Origin: Hemiscyllium ocellatum
Lineage: Eukaryota
NCBI RefSeq assembly: GCF_020745735.1
Contig: NW_026867530.1
Span: forward strand, 964,831-1,028,830
Length of the DNA stretch: 64,000 nucleotides
Direction of reading: 5' to 3'
In this document: positions 36,746 through 50,186 of the stretch, one piece after another
How positions within the stretch are numbered: position 1 is the first letter of the stretch
How the letters are laid out: every line of letters starts with the position of its first letter
The notes under the pieces: generated by a model
Databases searched by the model: none
Told to the model about the DNA's origin: nothing
Seen by the model: only the letters and a program-made list of their open reading frames with translations
Made by a program: the position numbers and the translations under genes

Positions 36746-39444
36746 AGACATCCGTTAAAGTGGGCAACTCCAGACAGAAGCATGTTTTCAATTCACACCT
36801 TTTTAAACATTTTAGTTCATTGAAAGCAGTTAACAAGAAAATAACCTTGCCCTAATTCCTTCAACAGAAATGCTTTCCACACTGGAATGTAGTATTGTTT
36901 ATGCAGTGCATGCAAAATCTCCACAGTTTGAGGAATATTTTAAGAATATGTAAAAATAATTTAGAGAATAACCCATTTCCTCCAGATCTGTGCTTTAATT
37001 GGTGATATTTCCCACCTCAATAATTTTGTTAAATGCAATGACTTATTAAGTTTATTAACTCAGTGGTTATTTATGTTCATTGTGAGCACATTCTCATTCA
37101 CATTAATCCACTGGTTAGTTCTTCTGATGAATATTCAATTACAGTGAATATATTTGACGTGAGGAGTTGAGCAATGTATCCTCTAGGATTAAGTCTGTTG
37201 TACAGTTTGTTTCAGTGCTATCTCTGACTAACTTGTCAACGGTCCTGACCATTTATAAATTGTCCAGTTCGGATACCTGAATCTCAAACAGTTCAATTTC
37301 ATCTCGTGCTTCAAAACCACTTTGATCTGCCAGAAATACAATAGGTGCCTCAGAATTGAGAGCCCTGACTAAGTTGTTCCAATCAGAACAAACGTTTCAG
37401 GAACAAAAGGCAGAGAGCAAGAGTTCTGAAATTGGTTGTTGGCAACAAGAGATATTTGATTGAGCGAGGCAGAGGGAAATATGCTGCATATTTTCTTTGT
37501 GCCTCAGTTATGCAGGAGATGTTTCGTGGCACAATGTAGAATCAGAATTTTTTTTTGCATCTTATTATTTGAAAACCTATTATCAGATTTTAATGTCACT
37601 GGCAATGGTCATATTACACTTCAAAACATTTTAATCTTTTTCAAACTCAGTAGACCGTCTGGTGCAGCAACAATCACAGGGGAAAGAGGAAGGGAGTTCG
37701 AGGTTGGAATCTAGTGACAGTGAATTGATGGCAATGCAATTCCTAGTTTTATTCCTCTGTAGTTCCCATAGAGTTTGAACAATTTGGAGCTGCTGTCAAA
37801 GTATTCTTGGATAAATGTTGAAATGTTACTTTCATTGTACAAACATTCTGGAACAATCCCTGGTTGTTGGAAGGTGTTAATAACTGACATGGTTTATGTA
37901 CTGTCAAAACAGGTGGGCTATGTTCTCCGTGATAATGTCGAGCTCATTGTGTTCAGGTCTGTTGTGAAGTTATAGTAGGGTCCCTGATTCTGTGCCAGGT
38001 GGCCTGTGTTCACTTACAACCTGTTAGAGAGGTATGTAACACCATCTCATATCAGGTTACTTCAATGCAAGAAAGCAGATTGAGATGTTTGGGTGTTTGT
38101 TGGAATTCCACTCACAGAGGCCAGTGAAATCTATTCAGTCGCTGTTCTTACTTGTGTCTCTTAGATATTAAACAGAATTTTGGTGGTTAGCAGCTTTTTC
38201 CAGATCAATATTTGTTCACAAGCTTTTGGGCATCGCTAGATGGGGTTAATGGAGTAAGTGCTCAAAGAAATCCCAGCTTTTGACTTGCTGTTCTAACAAT
38301 ATCATTTATAACTAATCCAGAATGAATCATTTCAAAGCATATTTGATGAGATTATGCTGAGGCTGTTTTACTTTATATTAAACCAGTGCTGTAGCTGAAT
38401 TTGATAGTTCAGTACGGTGAGGGTTCTGCTGAATCCAACACTTGCAGCAGATGGTGATAGCTTTTCTGTTGGTCTTCCATTGTTATCTCAGACCATCCAG
38501 TACCTCTGCTAAGAATTCTGTTTCCAACAGGAGTCAAGCCAACGTAATCACTGTTTATCTCAACAGGTGTGAGCTCTTGTACCAAAAACATGAAAACAAT
38601 TTGGTGAAGAGGGGGTCTTTGGATGCGAAAGGTTAACCTTGCCTTCTCTCCACAGGAGCTGCTAGACCTGCTGAGTTTCTTCAGAAGTTTCTGTCTTTAT
38701 TTTGGTTTTCTAGCCTTTAAAGTTTGTTGTTTCATTGAAAAAAGTTCTGTTCAATTAAACACGTTCTTCAGAGAAAAGATGCATTTGAACAAATTGCGAA
38801 TGTTCAGAGATATTATTGAATTTGAGCGCCCCGATCTCGAGCTGTAGTTTCACAAGAAACTATTATGAAGTAACAACACACTGCAGAGTGCAGTGGCTGC
38901 TGTCATTGGGTGGAAGTTATTTTGATCACGCAAATAGAGGATGTCAATGATCCCGTTCCAAATAATCAACAGAAGTTTTTTTTTAAAGCATGTGTCAAAC
39001 AATTAATTTGTTGAAATATTTTAATAAAAAGTACTCACGGCCAGTGCTAGCTTAATGAATGACACAATGATAGGAAGGTAGGAACAAGAGGAGGGCACTC
39101 AGCCCCTCGAGCTGTTCCCCCACTTACTTAGATCTTGGTGCATCTGTGAGCTCAATCCCCAGGTCTCCCTTTGGCTAAAACTCTTTAACACCTTTGTTTA
39201 ACAAGCAAAAACTATCCCAGATTTACTGATTCGACTGCCCATAACAAAGGGAGACACCATTTCTGAAAGACATTCCTGTGAGTACTGTGACACAATGAGG
39301 CTGGAATTAATTGCACATGAAAGTAAACTTTAAATCTCTGACAATTTCCAATTGAAACATCCCAATCATCATATTTCATTAATTTAACACTGTAACTTCC
39401 CTGGAATCAAGAAATATAATGTGTGATTGCCTTGCTAAAAATGA

Positions 39445-39945
39445 GGAGGAAGTGAGGACTGGAGATCAGAGCTGAAAATGTGTTGCTGGAAAAGCGCAGC
39501 AGGTCAGGCAGCATCCAAGGAGCAGGAGAATCGATGTTTCAGGCATGAACCCTTCTTCAGGAAGGGTCCTTGGATGCTGCCTGATCCTTGGATGCTGCCT
39601 GACCTGCTGCGCTTTTCCAGCAACACATTTTCAGCAGTTGTTAAAAATGAGGGAAGCTTCATTCCTATTATATGATTAAGAAATAGCTCTGTTCATTCAG
39701 TGAAAACACAGTCAAATCACACAAAAAGAAGACCATGATTTGGAGGTGCCGGTGTTGGACTGGGGTGTACAAAGTTAAAAACCGCACAACACCAGGTTAT
39801 AGTCCAACAGGTTTAATTGGAAACACACTAGCTTTCGGAGCGACGCTCCTTTATCAGGTGATGGTGGAGCGTCACTCCGAAAGCTAGTTTGCTTCCAATT
39901 AAACCTGTTGGACTATAACCTGGTGTTGTGTGATTTTTAAAAAAG
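39445..39945. mobile_element. Two palindromic PLE pseudo-LTR mini elements (family A ~39450-39640; family B ~39770-39940) in the J-C intron
   Basis: Each has arms that are reverse complements. The hammerhead cores are on the minus strand only. Confidence 0.8.
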
Positions 39946-40439
39946 GAAACCATGTCATCTTTTGTAGACACACAAGTGCCTCAAATAATTTTCAATTCTT
40001 CCAGTGGTTGTTTGAATCTCTAGACAGGTGTGGAAGTGTCAGACTTTTTATATCGCCTTGAGAAACCAGTTGTCATCAGTCTATTTGAATTGCTGAAGTT
40101 TGTGTGGTATTAGCACATTCACAGCGCTGTTAGGAAGTGAGTCCCATGGCTGTGATTGAGGAAAAGGAAACGGGCAGGGAAATAGTTTAGAGTCAAGCTG
40201 AAGTCTGATTTGGAGGAAAGCTTTACATGCATGTGTGCCCTTATCCTCAAGGATCACAATTTTGGAACATGCTGCCGAAGGGACATGTCAGCATGCAAAA
40301 TGGAAGCTGAAGAAGGCATCTCGGCCTCTCTAGAAGGCTATTCCATTCATGGGATCATCATTAATCTTGCTGCTCACCAGTTTTCCCAACACTCGATAAC
40401 ATTGAACCTGATTGTTTCCTGTTCAACAAAAGAATGGTG

Positions 40440-40812
40440 AATGCTTTTGGAATTCTCCACCACAGAAATTCATAGATTCAAGACTCATCGATTCTTGAAA
40501 GCGTTGTCTCAAGTACCTAGTGTGTTGAAGGTGTTTGGCGCATGTACCTTCATTGGTCAGAGCACTGAGTGCAGGAGTTAGGGCTTCATGTTGTAACTGT
40601 CCAAAACATTGGAATGAACTGCCAGAGGAAGCGGTAAGTGCAGAGATCGGTCCCACATTGAGAAGACATTTGAACAGCTACAGGAACTGGATCGGTCTGG
40701 ATGGATATGGGCCAAAGGCAGGCAAGTGGAATGAGTTTAATTTGGGAACTCTGGTCAGCATGGATGGGCTGGACCAAAGGAACTGTTTCTGTGCTGTACG
40801 ACTTTATGACTC
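40440..40812 (+). mobile_element. CR1 3' fragment
   Basis: Ends in GCTGTACGACTTTATGACTC. Confidence 0.7.
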
Positions 40813-41439
40813 ACTGACTTTATGGTGGAGGAGGCTTAAAGTTGGAAGGTGGTGAGCAAGTGAGGGGCTAGATTGGGCATGTGGGAGAGTTTGGGCTGGG
40901 AGGCTGGTTGGCTGGCTGCTGGGTAAGCTTGCGTGCACTCTGTCTGGCAAAAGGTGGCATCAAGGTAAATGGTAATGGTCACAGGATAATTTGGTCGAAT
41001 TGTGCTTGGTGGGTGAGGGGTAGTTTGAGCTGAAATGCAGGAGGTCTGTCTTTGCCAGGCTGGTTTATGGAGAGGTGGGCAGGATGCCAGGCTGGTTTGT
41101 GTAGAGGTGGGCAGAGTGCCAGGATGTTTCGGGGGTGGAAGATCACTGGAATGAAATGACAGGTGGACGTGTTGTCAAAATGCAAAGCTCGGAGTCTGGC
41201 AAAATGGTAGGTTGTAAAGCACAGATGCCAGCGGAGCTAGGATGCAATGTGCACAGGTTGTCTTGGGTAAGATGAGAGGTCAGTGATCAAGGGCTGAGGT
41301 CATGTCTTGGGTAGTGGGCTTTTGTCAGAGGTTGTGAAAATGATGGTGCCAGGTCCAGTCAGGGCCAGATTCGCCATGGGCCAGGTGCAGGGTGGCAGGA
41401 GTGTAAATGACTGAAAGGAAATGAGATCATATGTCCATC

Positions 41440-42110
41440 TGGAATATAGAATATAGAACATTACAGTGCAGTACAGGCCCTTCAAGCCCTCAATGTTGCG
41501 CTGACCTGTGGAACCAATCTGAAGCCTATCTATCCTACACTATTCCATTTTCATCCATATGTTTATCCAATGATCTTTTAAATGCCCTTAAAGTTGGCGA
41601 GTGTACTATTGTTGCAGGCAGTGTGTTCCATGGCCCTACTACTCTCTGAGTAAAGAAACAACCTCTGTCATCTATGTCCTCTCCTGCTAGCCATCACTAT
41701 TTAAGGAAAAAGACTTTCACTGTCCACCCTCTGTTTATCTTTTATGTCTCAATTAAGTCACCTCTCAACCTTCTTCTCTCAAACAAAAACAGCTTCAAGA
41801 CCCTCATCCTTTCCTCATTAAACCTTCCCGCCATACCAAACAACATCCTGGTAAACCTCCTCTGAACTCTTCCAAAGCTTCCACATTCTCTCTATAATGT
41901 GGTGACCAGAACAGTACACAATACTCCAAGTGCAGCCACACCAGAGTTTTGTACAGCTGCAACCTAACCTCGTGGTTCTGAAACTCAGTCCCTCTATTGA
42001 TGAAAGCCAGCACAAAGTATGCCTTCTTAACAACTCTATCAAACTGGCTGGCAACTTTTAGGGATCTATGTACATGGGAACCGAGATCTCTCTGCTCAGC
42101 TACACTACCA
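41440..42110 (-). mobile_element. CR1 3' fragment
   Basis: ATAGAATATAGAACATTACAGTGCAGTACAGGCCC is a reverse tail; LYKTLVWLHLEYCVLFWSPHY. Confidence 0.85.
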
Positions 42111-42599
42111 ATATGGATTGCCTTGGATGTGTTTTGTGTGATAGGGCTTGTGTGTTCTGGGCATGAATGGGTGTATAGCAGGGTAGGGTTTGTCAATGTG
42201 AGTGGAAATTTAGGTCTAGGCAGAGTAAGTGCAGTGGTTAGTCTGAGAGATGAGGTTTGGTGGTGAACTGCGGATCAATTTGATAGTTATTAAAGTTAAA
42301 GATTACTTGTTCATTTCTCAAATCATATTTACGTAAATACTCAGCTGTAACAGTCCAAAGTCTCTGAATCTTAATGGTTCTCCATTTTTCAGAGGCCTCC
42401 AGAATTCAGATCGTTGTAAATGAGATGTTTCAACTTCCAGCCAATTGGCCTGAATTCAGCCGTGACAGCCATCCTCCCCGTCCCAGTGCTCAGCTCCTGC
42501 CTGTGCTGCTGCTGCTGCTGCTGCAGTGACCTTCCTCCCAGAGAGAACATTCTGCCTTGCAGTGATAAGTGAGGAAGGCTCACTGGACCTGATTTCCAA

Positions 42600-42888
42600 G
42601 TATGGGGACGGCAAACACGAGGGGACACAACTTTAAAGTGAGGGGAGATAGGTATAAGACAGATGGCAGAGGTAGTTTCTTTACTGATTGTGTAGTAAGG
42701 GTGTGGAATGCTTTGCCTGCAACGGTCGTAGATTTGCCAAGTTTAAATACATTTAAGTTGTCATTGGACAGGCATATGGATGTACATGGAATAGTGTAGG
42801 TGGGATGGGCTTCATGTGAGTATGTCAGAGCAGCGCAACATCGAGGGCCAAAAGGCCTGTACTGCGCTGTACTGTTCTATGTTCTATG
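42600..42888 (+). mobile_element. CR1 3' end with (TTCTATG)n tail
   Basis: ORF text NTRGHNFKVRG; tail GTACTGTTCTATGTTCTATG. Confidence 0.85.
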
Positions 42889-42954
42889 ATTCACTCTGAT
42901 TTCTCTCCGGGGGTACTGCCAGCTGTTGGGTATTTCCAGCAGCAGGGTACCTAG

Positions 42955-43270
42955 TAGGGCGGCACACTGGTTCTGTGGTTAGCGCTGCTGCCTCACAGTG
43001 CTAGGGACTCGGGTTCCATTCCAGGCTCGGGTGACTGTCTGTGTGGAGTTGGCACTTCCTCCCCATATCTGTGTGCATTTTCTCCCACAGTCCAAACCTG
43101 TACAAGCAGGGGGAATTGCAAATGTTGTGTTCAGTGATTGGGAGGTTAGGTGCATTAGTCAGTGTTAACTGTAGCATAATAGGGTAGGGGAATGGGTCTG
43201 GATGTGTTTCTTTTCAGAGGGTGGGTGTGGACTTGTTGGTCCAAATGGCCTGGTCGCACACACTGTAGAA
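42955..43270 (+). mobile_element. tRNA-derived SINE
   Basis: GTGGTTAGCGCTGCTGCCTCACAGTGC head and GACTGTCTGTGTGGAGTT core. Confidence 0.78.
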
Positions 43271-43617
43271 TTTCGATGAATCTGCATTTCCTTGGTTTGT
43301 ATTTTGTGAAACTTCTCTGCTCTTCACAGCAATCCAATGAAAGTGTCAGTTGGTGAGATCTTCAAACAGTTACTGGGGTGGGATCAGGATGTTCTTCTTC
43401 CTAAATGATATGGCAATGGTCAAGGTCGAGGGCATGTTTCTAAAGAGGGAACCAATGATCATGATCAGCAACTGGTAGGAAACAAAAATAAACTCCAGTT
43501 ATGCTGTAGACTTCAGCGGGAGCATACTGGCAAATGGTGACAGCTGAGGATACATTTGAGTAACTGATAGGTCAAATTAACAGAAACTAACATGCTCAAT
43601 TGGTCATTCTATTGTAG

Positions 43618-43926
43618 AGACACCATCTCCCCCCACGCTTTATGGCCTGCTCTCCTCCTGTGAGGAGCACAACACCGATTCGACAATCTTTGGTTGTTTG
43701 GTGATGGACTATTCCCCTGATGTCACCAAGGTAACCTGGAAGAAAGGTGGGGAGCTAATCACGGATGGATTGAAGACTTACCCATCAGTGAGAAACAAGA
43801 AGGGAACCTACACCCTGAGCAGCCAGTTAACCCTGCCCGGGTCAGCGGTAGATTGCCCCAGCAAAATCTACTGTGAGGTTGAACACAGCGGGTCACACTC
43901 ACACAAGAGCAAAGAAATGCCATGTG
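43618..43926 (+). CDS. IGHM: Cmu1 exon ([15 protein letters not shown]...[10 protein letters not shown]...WKK...IYCEVEH...EMPC)
   Basis: Acceptor TTGTAG, donor GTACGT, phase 1/1, C1-set motifs of shark IgM CH1. Confidence 0.93.
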
Positions 43927-43989
43927 GTACGTATTGTGGGAACTGAGATAAACAGAGCATCTGGGATTAATATGAATAAGGCATTATTT

Positions 43990-44730
43990 ATAACCATTTT
44001 CACAGAATCACCTTATACAGCACAGGAAAAAGGCCCTTTGATCCATCCAGTTTACGCCTATCAATAACAGCCACCTAACTATTCCAGTCCCATGTGCCAG
44101 CACATGATCCATTGCCTTGTGTGACTTGCCCTTGCAAGGATGCATCTCAATACTTCATACTTATTATGAGGGGCTCAGTTTCTACATGACTTATAGGTGC
44201 TGAGCTCCAGGCTAACACCACCCTCTGTTTGATTTTGTTTTCCCCTGAGATCCACTTGGAACCTCCTGGCCTTAGCTTCGCCCTGTGCCCCTGAGGCATT
44301 GATCTCTCCATCAAGGGGAAAGGTTTCATCCAGTTTACCCAGTCTATGCCTAAAATAATTCTAGACATCATGATAATCTTCTCCCTAGCTCTCCTCTGCT
44401 CCATGGAAAACCCCTGTCTATCTCATCTAGTTTCATAACTAAAACCCTCCAACCCAGGCAAGATCCTGGCAAATCTAATCAATACTGCCTTCAGTGTAAT
44501 CATATTCCTTCGATAACATGCACACAACGCTTCAGTATGGCCTAACCAGTGTTCTATTAAGTTCCAGTATCATATCCCTATTCTTCATTGTCAATGTCTA
44601 GGCTAATAAAAGCAAATATCCTCCCACCTTCTTAGTCTCTTTATCCAGACGACACAGTACTATAGGGGATCGGTGGGTACATGCACCAAAGATCCTCAGG
44701 CCTTTCCAGGGTTCCACCATTCAAAATGTC
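43990..44730 (-). mobile_element. Decayed CR1 3' fragment
   Basis: Reverse-complement CR1 RT end and 3' UTR (CACAGCACAGGAAAAAGGCCC-type tail). Confidence 0.65.
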
Positions 44731-45049
44731 ATACCTCACAGATTCTTCTGCCGAATTACATCACCTTACATTTATCCAGAATAATTTCCATTTGCAACTT
44801 CTCTTCACATACAACCAACCCTTTTATATCCTCCTGCAATCTAAAGCCATAATGCTCATGACTTACCAACATGACAGTTTTCATTTCATCTGTGAATTCA
44901 CTGGTTAATCCTCCTAAATTTGAGTCTCAATCATTGGTATGTAAGAGAAATAGCAAGGAAATCAACACCAATCCCTACAGAACACCAGGAGATATAGATT
45001 TCCAGTCACACAGACAGCTGATGACTATTATCCCCTGCTCCCATCACTC

Positions 45050-46930
45050 AGCCAGTTCGAGATCCAATCTGTCAAAATAACTCGGATCCCATTGGCTCTG
45101 ATTATTGCTATCATCTGGACATCAAGTTATCTCTCTGAAAACTACTATCAAATTGTTACACATGACTTTCTCTCAATAAAACCGTGCTGAAAATTGTTGA
45201 TTTATCTTCCAAATGAAGACTAATTTCACTTTTCAATAGTTTCCCTACCACTGTGACTAGCTTGACAGATCTGTGTTTACATTATTTATCCCTTCCTTTG
45301 TCCTGCGTAACAGTGCAACGTTGGCTGATCTACACTCACTTGGCACAACTGCTGTGGCCAGACAGTAATTCTAAATTATTGTCAGTGACCCAACTATTTC
45401 ATCCTTTGCATCACTCAACCGCTCGGTATACTTTTCATCTGCCCTGGAAATATAACCACTTTTCATTCAGCAAGACAACACAGAACATCACGTCATGTGT
45501 CCTAATTTCGGAAAGTACATCACAACACCCCTCCATGATTTCTGTCCCCACATTGTCCGTCTTACTAGTGAACACCGACGCAACACATTCGTTTTGACCA
45601 CAACCTAATCCTCCGACTCCACTCCAATAATAACACTTAATGGGCATTACTGTTTCCCAAATAATTCTTTTATTATGAATGAACCTGTAACTTTTAAAAA
45701 TATTTTCCTTTATTTTGACTGCTATTATTTTCTCATGGTCCCTTTTTGCTCTTCTAATTCCTTTCCCCTTGCACGTCCTGTACTCCATACTAATTTCTAC
45801 TGTTTTGAGATTTAGTATAGACCGGAAGCCTCCCTTGTTTCTCTTTATCTCACCCTCCATGCCCTTTGGTGTCCAGAGCCCGCTACATTCTTGGTCCCAT
45901 TCAGTGGCTTCCTGGGAAATGTCCTCCCTGTGATTTTCCTATCTCTTCCTTAAATGTGTCACACTGCTCTGACTCAGATTTACCAATAAGTGTCAGCTTC
46001 CAGTCCACTCTGGTTAAGTCATTACCTGTTCTTACTAAAATTGTCCTTCCCCTTTTCAGAACTTTGGGACAATTTCTATTCCTTTGCAGTACAATCTGAA
46101 ATCCAACTGATTTACACTCACTGTCTGCAAAGTGCACCACCATTGATGTTTTACCCACTGGGTCGACTTCATTTCCAAAAGTTAAGTCCAGGTTCACCCC
46201 TTTCTTGCAAGGTCTGGATTAAAATTCTCTGTATTAACACATACTTTGTTACAATATTCTCCTGGGGGCATTTTCAGAATTGTGCTCCCTCTCGACTTTT
46301 GACACAATGAATATCCAAGCCTATGCTGAGGAAGTCAAAAACCTCTTTTCTCATTCCCCTATTTAATTAACATTTCTCTGAAATTTGCCCATGTCTTTGC
46401 ACTTGGTCTTTTGAACCTATAGTAAGGTCTATCGTGCTCTCCCAGTAGTTATGTTTGCTGTATTTTGGTTTTGAAGTACTGTCCATTTGTCTTTGTTCGA
46501 AGATGTATCCATGATTTCATTTCTCTTTACAGCCTAAAATACTCTTGTCAGAATTGCGACAGAAGCAACATTCTGTGCCGCAAACCCCCGCCCCCATCCT
46601 TTTCCATCTTTCCCTGTCTCGCCTGAAGGCACTAAATCCTGGAATATTGAATAGCCACTCCTGCCCCGCTCTCAATATATCTCCGTGATAGCAACCGCAT
46701 CATTTCCTCATTTATGGCAGTATTTCATCTGCCTTGTTCATCAGACTCTGTCATTAAAACGAATACCATCCAACGTTGCTATCTCCCTTCTGATGTTACC
46801 GGCCTATCGTTTCTATGCCTCCTTGACTCCCTTGCTGTGTCCTATAATTTTAGCCTTTCACATTGTCCTGCTGATCTTTCTGTGTGGATCCCAGCTTCTC
46901 CAGCACTCTGCACAATTATGATTCTCGTAT
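45050..46930 (-). mobile_element. Decayed CR1 (ORF1 end, endonuclease, linker)
   Basis: LDLTFGNEVDP..., RRAKRDHEK... are CR1 ORF2 motifs. Confidence 0.72.
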
Positions 46931-47019
46931 CCATTAACCACAAGAAACCTTGATATATGAGAACTGATTGTATTTGTTATGAAATTCATCAGATAATTTA
47001 TGCGATGTGTTTCCTAAAG

Positions 47020-47331
47020 GTACAGGTCCTCTCCCACCAACTCTTCTCCTAACTGTGAGCTCCAGTGAAGAAATCGCAAGCAGCAAGTTTGCAACCATTG
47101 TCTGTTCAATCATCGATTTCCATCCGAAGTCAATCTCCGTGAGTTGGTTGAAAAATGGCCGACTCTTGGATTCTGGCTTCTTCACGTCTCCCGTGTGTGA
47201 GGCGAACGGGAACTTCTCGGTGACGAGTCGGCTGATGGTCCCTTATGGTGAATGGTACAACAGCGCAGTCTATACCTGCCAGGTCACTCATGAAGAGAAC
47301 GTTCAAAGTAAAAACATCACCGCACTCCAGG
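47020..47331 (+). CDS. IGHM: Cmu2 exon ([45 protein letters not shown]...[20 protein letters not shown])
   Basis: Acceptor CTAAAG (alternative CAG at 47023-47025), donor GTAAGA, C1-set motifs. Confidence 0.95.
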
Positions 47332-47589
47332 GTAAGAGACACATACTGAGAGAGCTACAAATCACTCTGAACTCTGATGTGAATCAAACACACTAATTTA
47401 TCAGGCGTAGTAAACAGCAAGGCACAGCTTCTCGTTTCCCAACATGTCACGTATCTCATTTCAGTTTGAGTGTTACATTAGAATTGCTCATAATTCAACA
47501 TTTTGGCAAGTCAGAAAAGCATGTTTCCTCTCTGTTGAAGATAGATATATAGACAGTGAGCTTTGTTAAATAGTTTGTTGCCTGACCAT

Positions 47590-48035
47590 GCTGGGAGAGG
47601 CATTCAGAGTGCTGAATCCTTGCCTGGTAGTGGCTTCAAGGATAAGTTTGGGGGTGGAGGGGGGATATTGGAGAGATATCCAATTGAAACATAAAAAATA
47701 CTAAGAGACTGACGTCGAGTGAGCGTGGAATAGATGTTTTGACTGGTAGGCGAGACTAGGACCCAAGGGCACAGTCTCAGGGTCAAACGGGCACCGTTTA
47801 GAACTGAGATGGGGAGGAATTTCTTCAGCCAGAGGGTGATGAATCTGTGGAACTTGTTGCTGCAGAAGGCTGTTGAGACCAGGCCATTGTGTATATTCAA
47901 GGCAGAGATAGTTCGGCTCTTGTTTAGTGTGGGGAGAAGACAGTAGAATGGCTTTAGCCCGAAACGTCGATTTTCCTGCTCATTGGATGCTGCCTGACCT
48001 GCTGTGCTTTTCCAGCATCATTCTGATCTCACTGA
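47590..48035 (+). mobile_element. CR1 fragment followed by a truncated PLE pseudo-LTR
   Basis: CTAGGACCCAAGGGCACAGTCTCAGG (CR1), then GCCCGAAACGTCGATTTTCCTGCTC. Confidence 0.7.
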
Positions 48036-49030
48036 GCTTCTTTAAGATGCTCTCTGTAAGTAGAGGGTGAGGGAGGAGAATAAATTCTGGTAAGAATGCT
48101 CCAATAGGGATGAATGAACGAGGAACTCTAGACAGGCTGATTTAGCCTGGTTTGGGGTGGTGATGTTTACACAGTGGGTAGTGGATGTCTATAAAATTAG
48201 TGTACATTTCCATCACATTTGTAGATTAATTTAAGATGCTTTTGTTTGGTTTTTTTTTCTCCCCTGCTCTATGAATAAATTAAAAAATGCAGCTTGGTAA
48301 ATAAAGTGAAAGTACAGACCAGTCATGAACGAACTGAATGGAGGGAAAGACTTAAGGAGATGGGTGTCCTTCTCGATATCCAATGCTGTACTCAGTGTCT
48401 TGTTTTCAGATCTACTCCAAACTCAGCCCACGAAGAACAATGACATAAATTAGAGAATGACATCACACCAATAACGCAAAGTACTTTTGATCACGTTAAA
48501 TATAATGAACAGAATTTCCATGGATATTCACCGCTCCTGTAACACTTTAGAACTCTGCAAAGAGAATAATTATTATTTATTATAATTTGTCCGAAATTTG
48601 GGCTGTGATTTGGCAGTCAGCGTGACCAGCAGCACTTGCACCTAAGGGTTATGAACATGGAATTGAGCTCATTATATTCAGATTACTCTTGTCCCAAGTA
48701 TCAATAGATGGTCTTAAGCGAGAGATAAACTCTGAAAGAAAGGTAATTCCATGGGTTACATAATGGTATCTTCGATGATTTTACTTTTTTCACAGGTGTC
48801 ACTTGTTACAAAGCCAGTGTTCTTTAGGAATAATGACACAGGGTATGTCATAGGTAATCACAAATGCTTTCACAAATCAAAATACATCAACAATAGTAAG
48901 CATTGTTTCAGCAGTGGTTGGAGTTGCCATTTTCAAGGTGGTGTCTTCACCCTGTGAAGAAGTAATCTGAAGATTGGGTGTTTGTATCATAAAGGGGCAT
49001 TTTTCATTGACTTTGATTTTTGTTTCATAG

Positions 49031-49339
49031 AAGATACCGAGTGCCACCCTAACACCGTTAAAATCCTCCCACCGCCAGTAGAACAAGTCTTACTGGAGGC
49101 GACAGTGACGTTAACCTGCGTTGTGTCCAATCTTCCTTCTGGAGTCAACGTGACCTGGAAACAAGAAAAGAAGCCTCTGAAATCCGAGATTGCTGACCAG
49201 CCTGGACAGAATCCCGACAGCATGATCAGCAAATTAGACATTTCTACTGAAGCCTGGCTGAGTGGCGTTACTTTTGAATGTGTGGTGTACCATCAGAATC
49301 TACCGACTCCGCTGAGAGACTCCATCCACAAGGAGAAAG
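49031..49339 (+). CDS. IGHM: Cmu3 exon ([33 protein letters not shown]...[28 protein letters not shown])
   Basis: Acceptor TCATAG, donor GTGAGC, typical shark Cmu3. Confidence 0.95.
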
Positions 49340-49794
49340 GTGAGCGGTGAGATTAAAACACAAAGCATCCCATGTGGAATCCAGATCCAGTTACATCAAT
49401 GGCAGGCTTTGATTGGTAATGAACAAACACCGTTGGGAGCATTAATGATGCATCTGAAGGCAGGATAGCTAAGTAGCTGATTAAGAAAAAGATGGACCAA
49501 AGGATATTGTATTCTGATTAAGTCAGATAAGGTGGGAAGAAACCTGGGTTGTGATGTCACCATCAGCAATGACAGTTGGACAGAATGCCCTTGTTGTGGG
49601 CTGGAAACATGGAGGCAACTTTCACATTAAACTTTACTTTTTTTACTGAACAGAATGTGTACCATACTGCTCCTTTAGAAAAGGAAAGTGAATAAATCCC
49701 AAATTAAAAATGGCATATTTTAATATTTAGTGAAATTGTGATATTGGTTCAGGATATTTTTGATTGATTTATATTTGTCTCAAATATTCTGCAG

Positions 49795-50186
49795 TGATTA
49801 ATCCGCTGGAGCCATCAGTGTCGGTCCTCCTGCCACCAACAGAAGAAATCTCCGCTCAGAGGTTTCTCTCCCTCACCTGTTTAGTGAGAGGTTTCTCCCC
49901 CCGAGAGATCTTCGTCAAGTGGACAAACAATGACAAGCCGGTGAATCCCAGTAACTACAAGAACACCGAGGTGATGGCGGAGAGTGACAACACTTCCTTC
50001 TTCATCTACAGCCTGTTATCCATTACAGCGGAGGAGTGGGCCAGCGGTGCTTCTTACTCCTGTGTGGTGGGACATGAAGCGATTCCATTGAAGATCATCA
50101 ACAGAACAGTCGATAAATCCAGCGGTAAACCGAGTTTCGTAAACATTTCACTTGCACTGATGGACACTGTTAATTCATGTCAATAA
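49795..50186 (+). CDS. IGHM: Cmu4 exon plus secretory tailpiece (...[25 protein letters not shown]); internal donor after 50124 for the membrane form
   Basis: Penultimate Cys and NIS glycosylation site in the tail; AGCG/GTAAAC internal donor. Confidence 0.96.
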
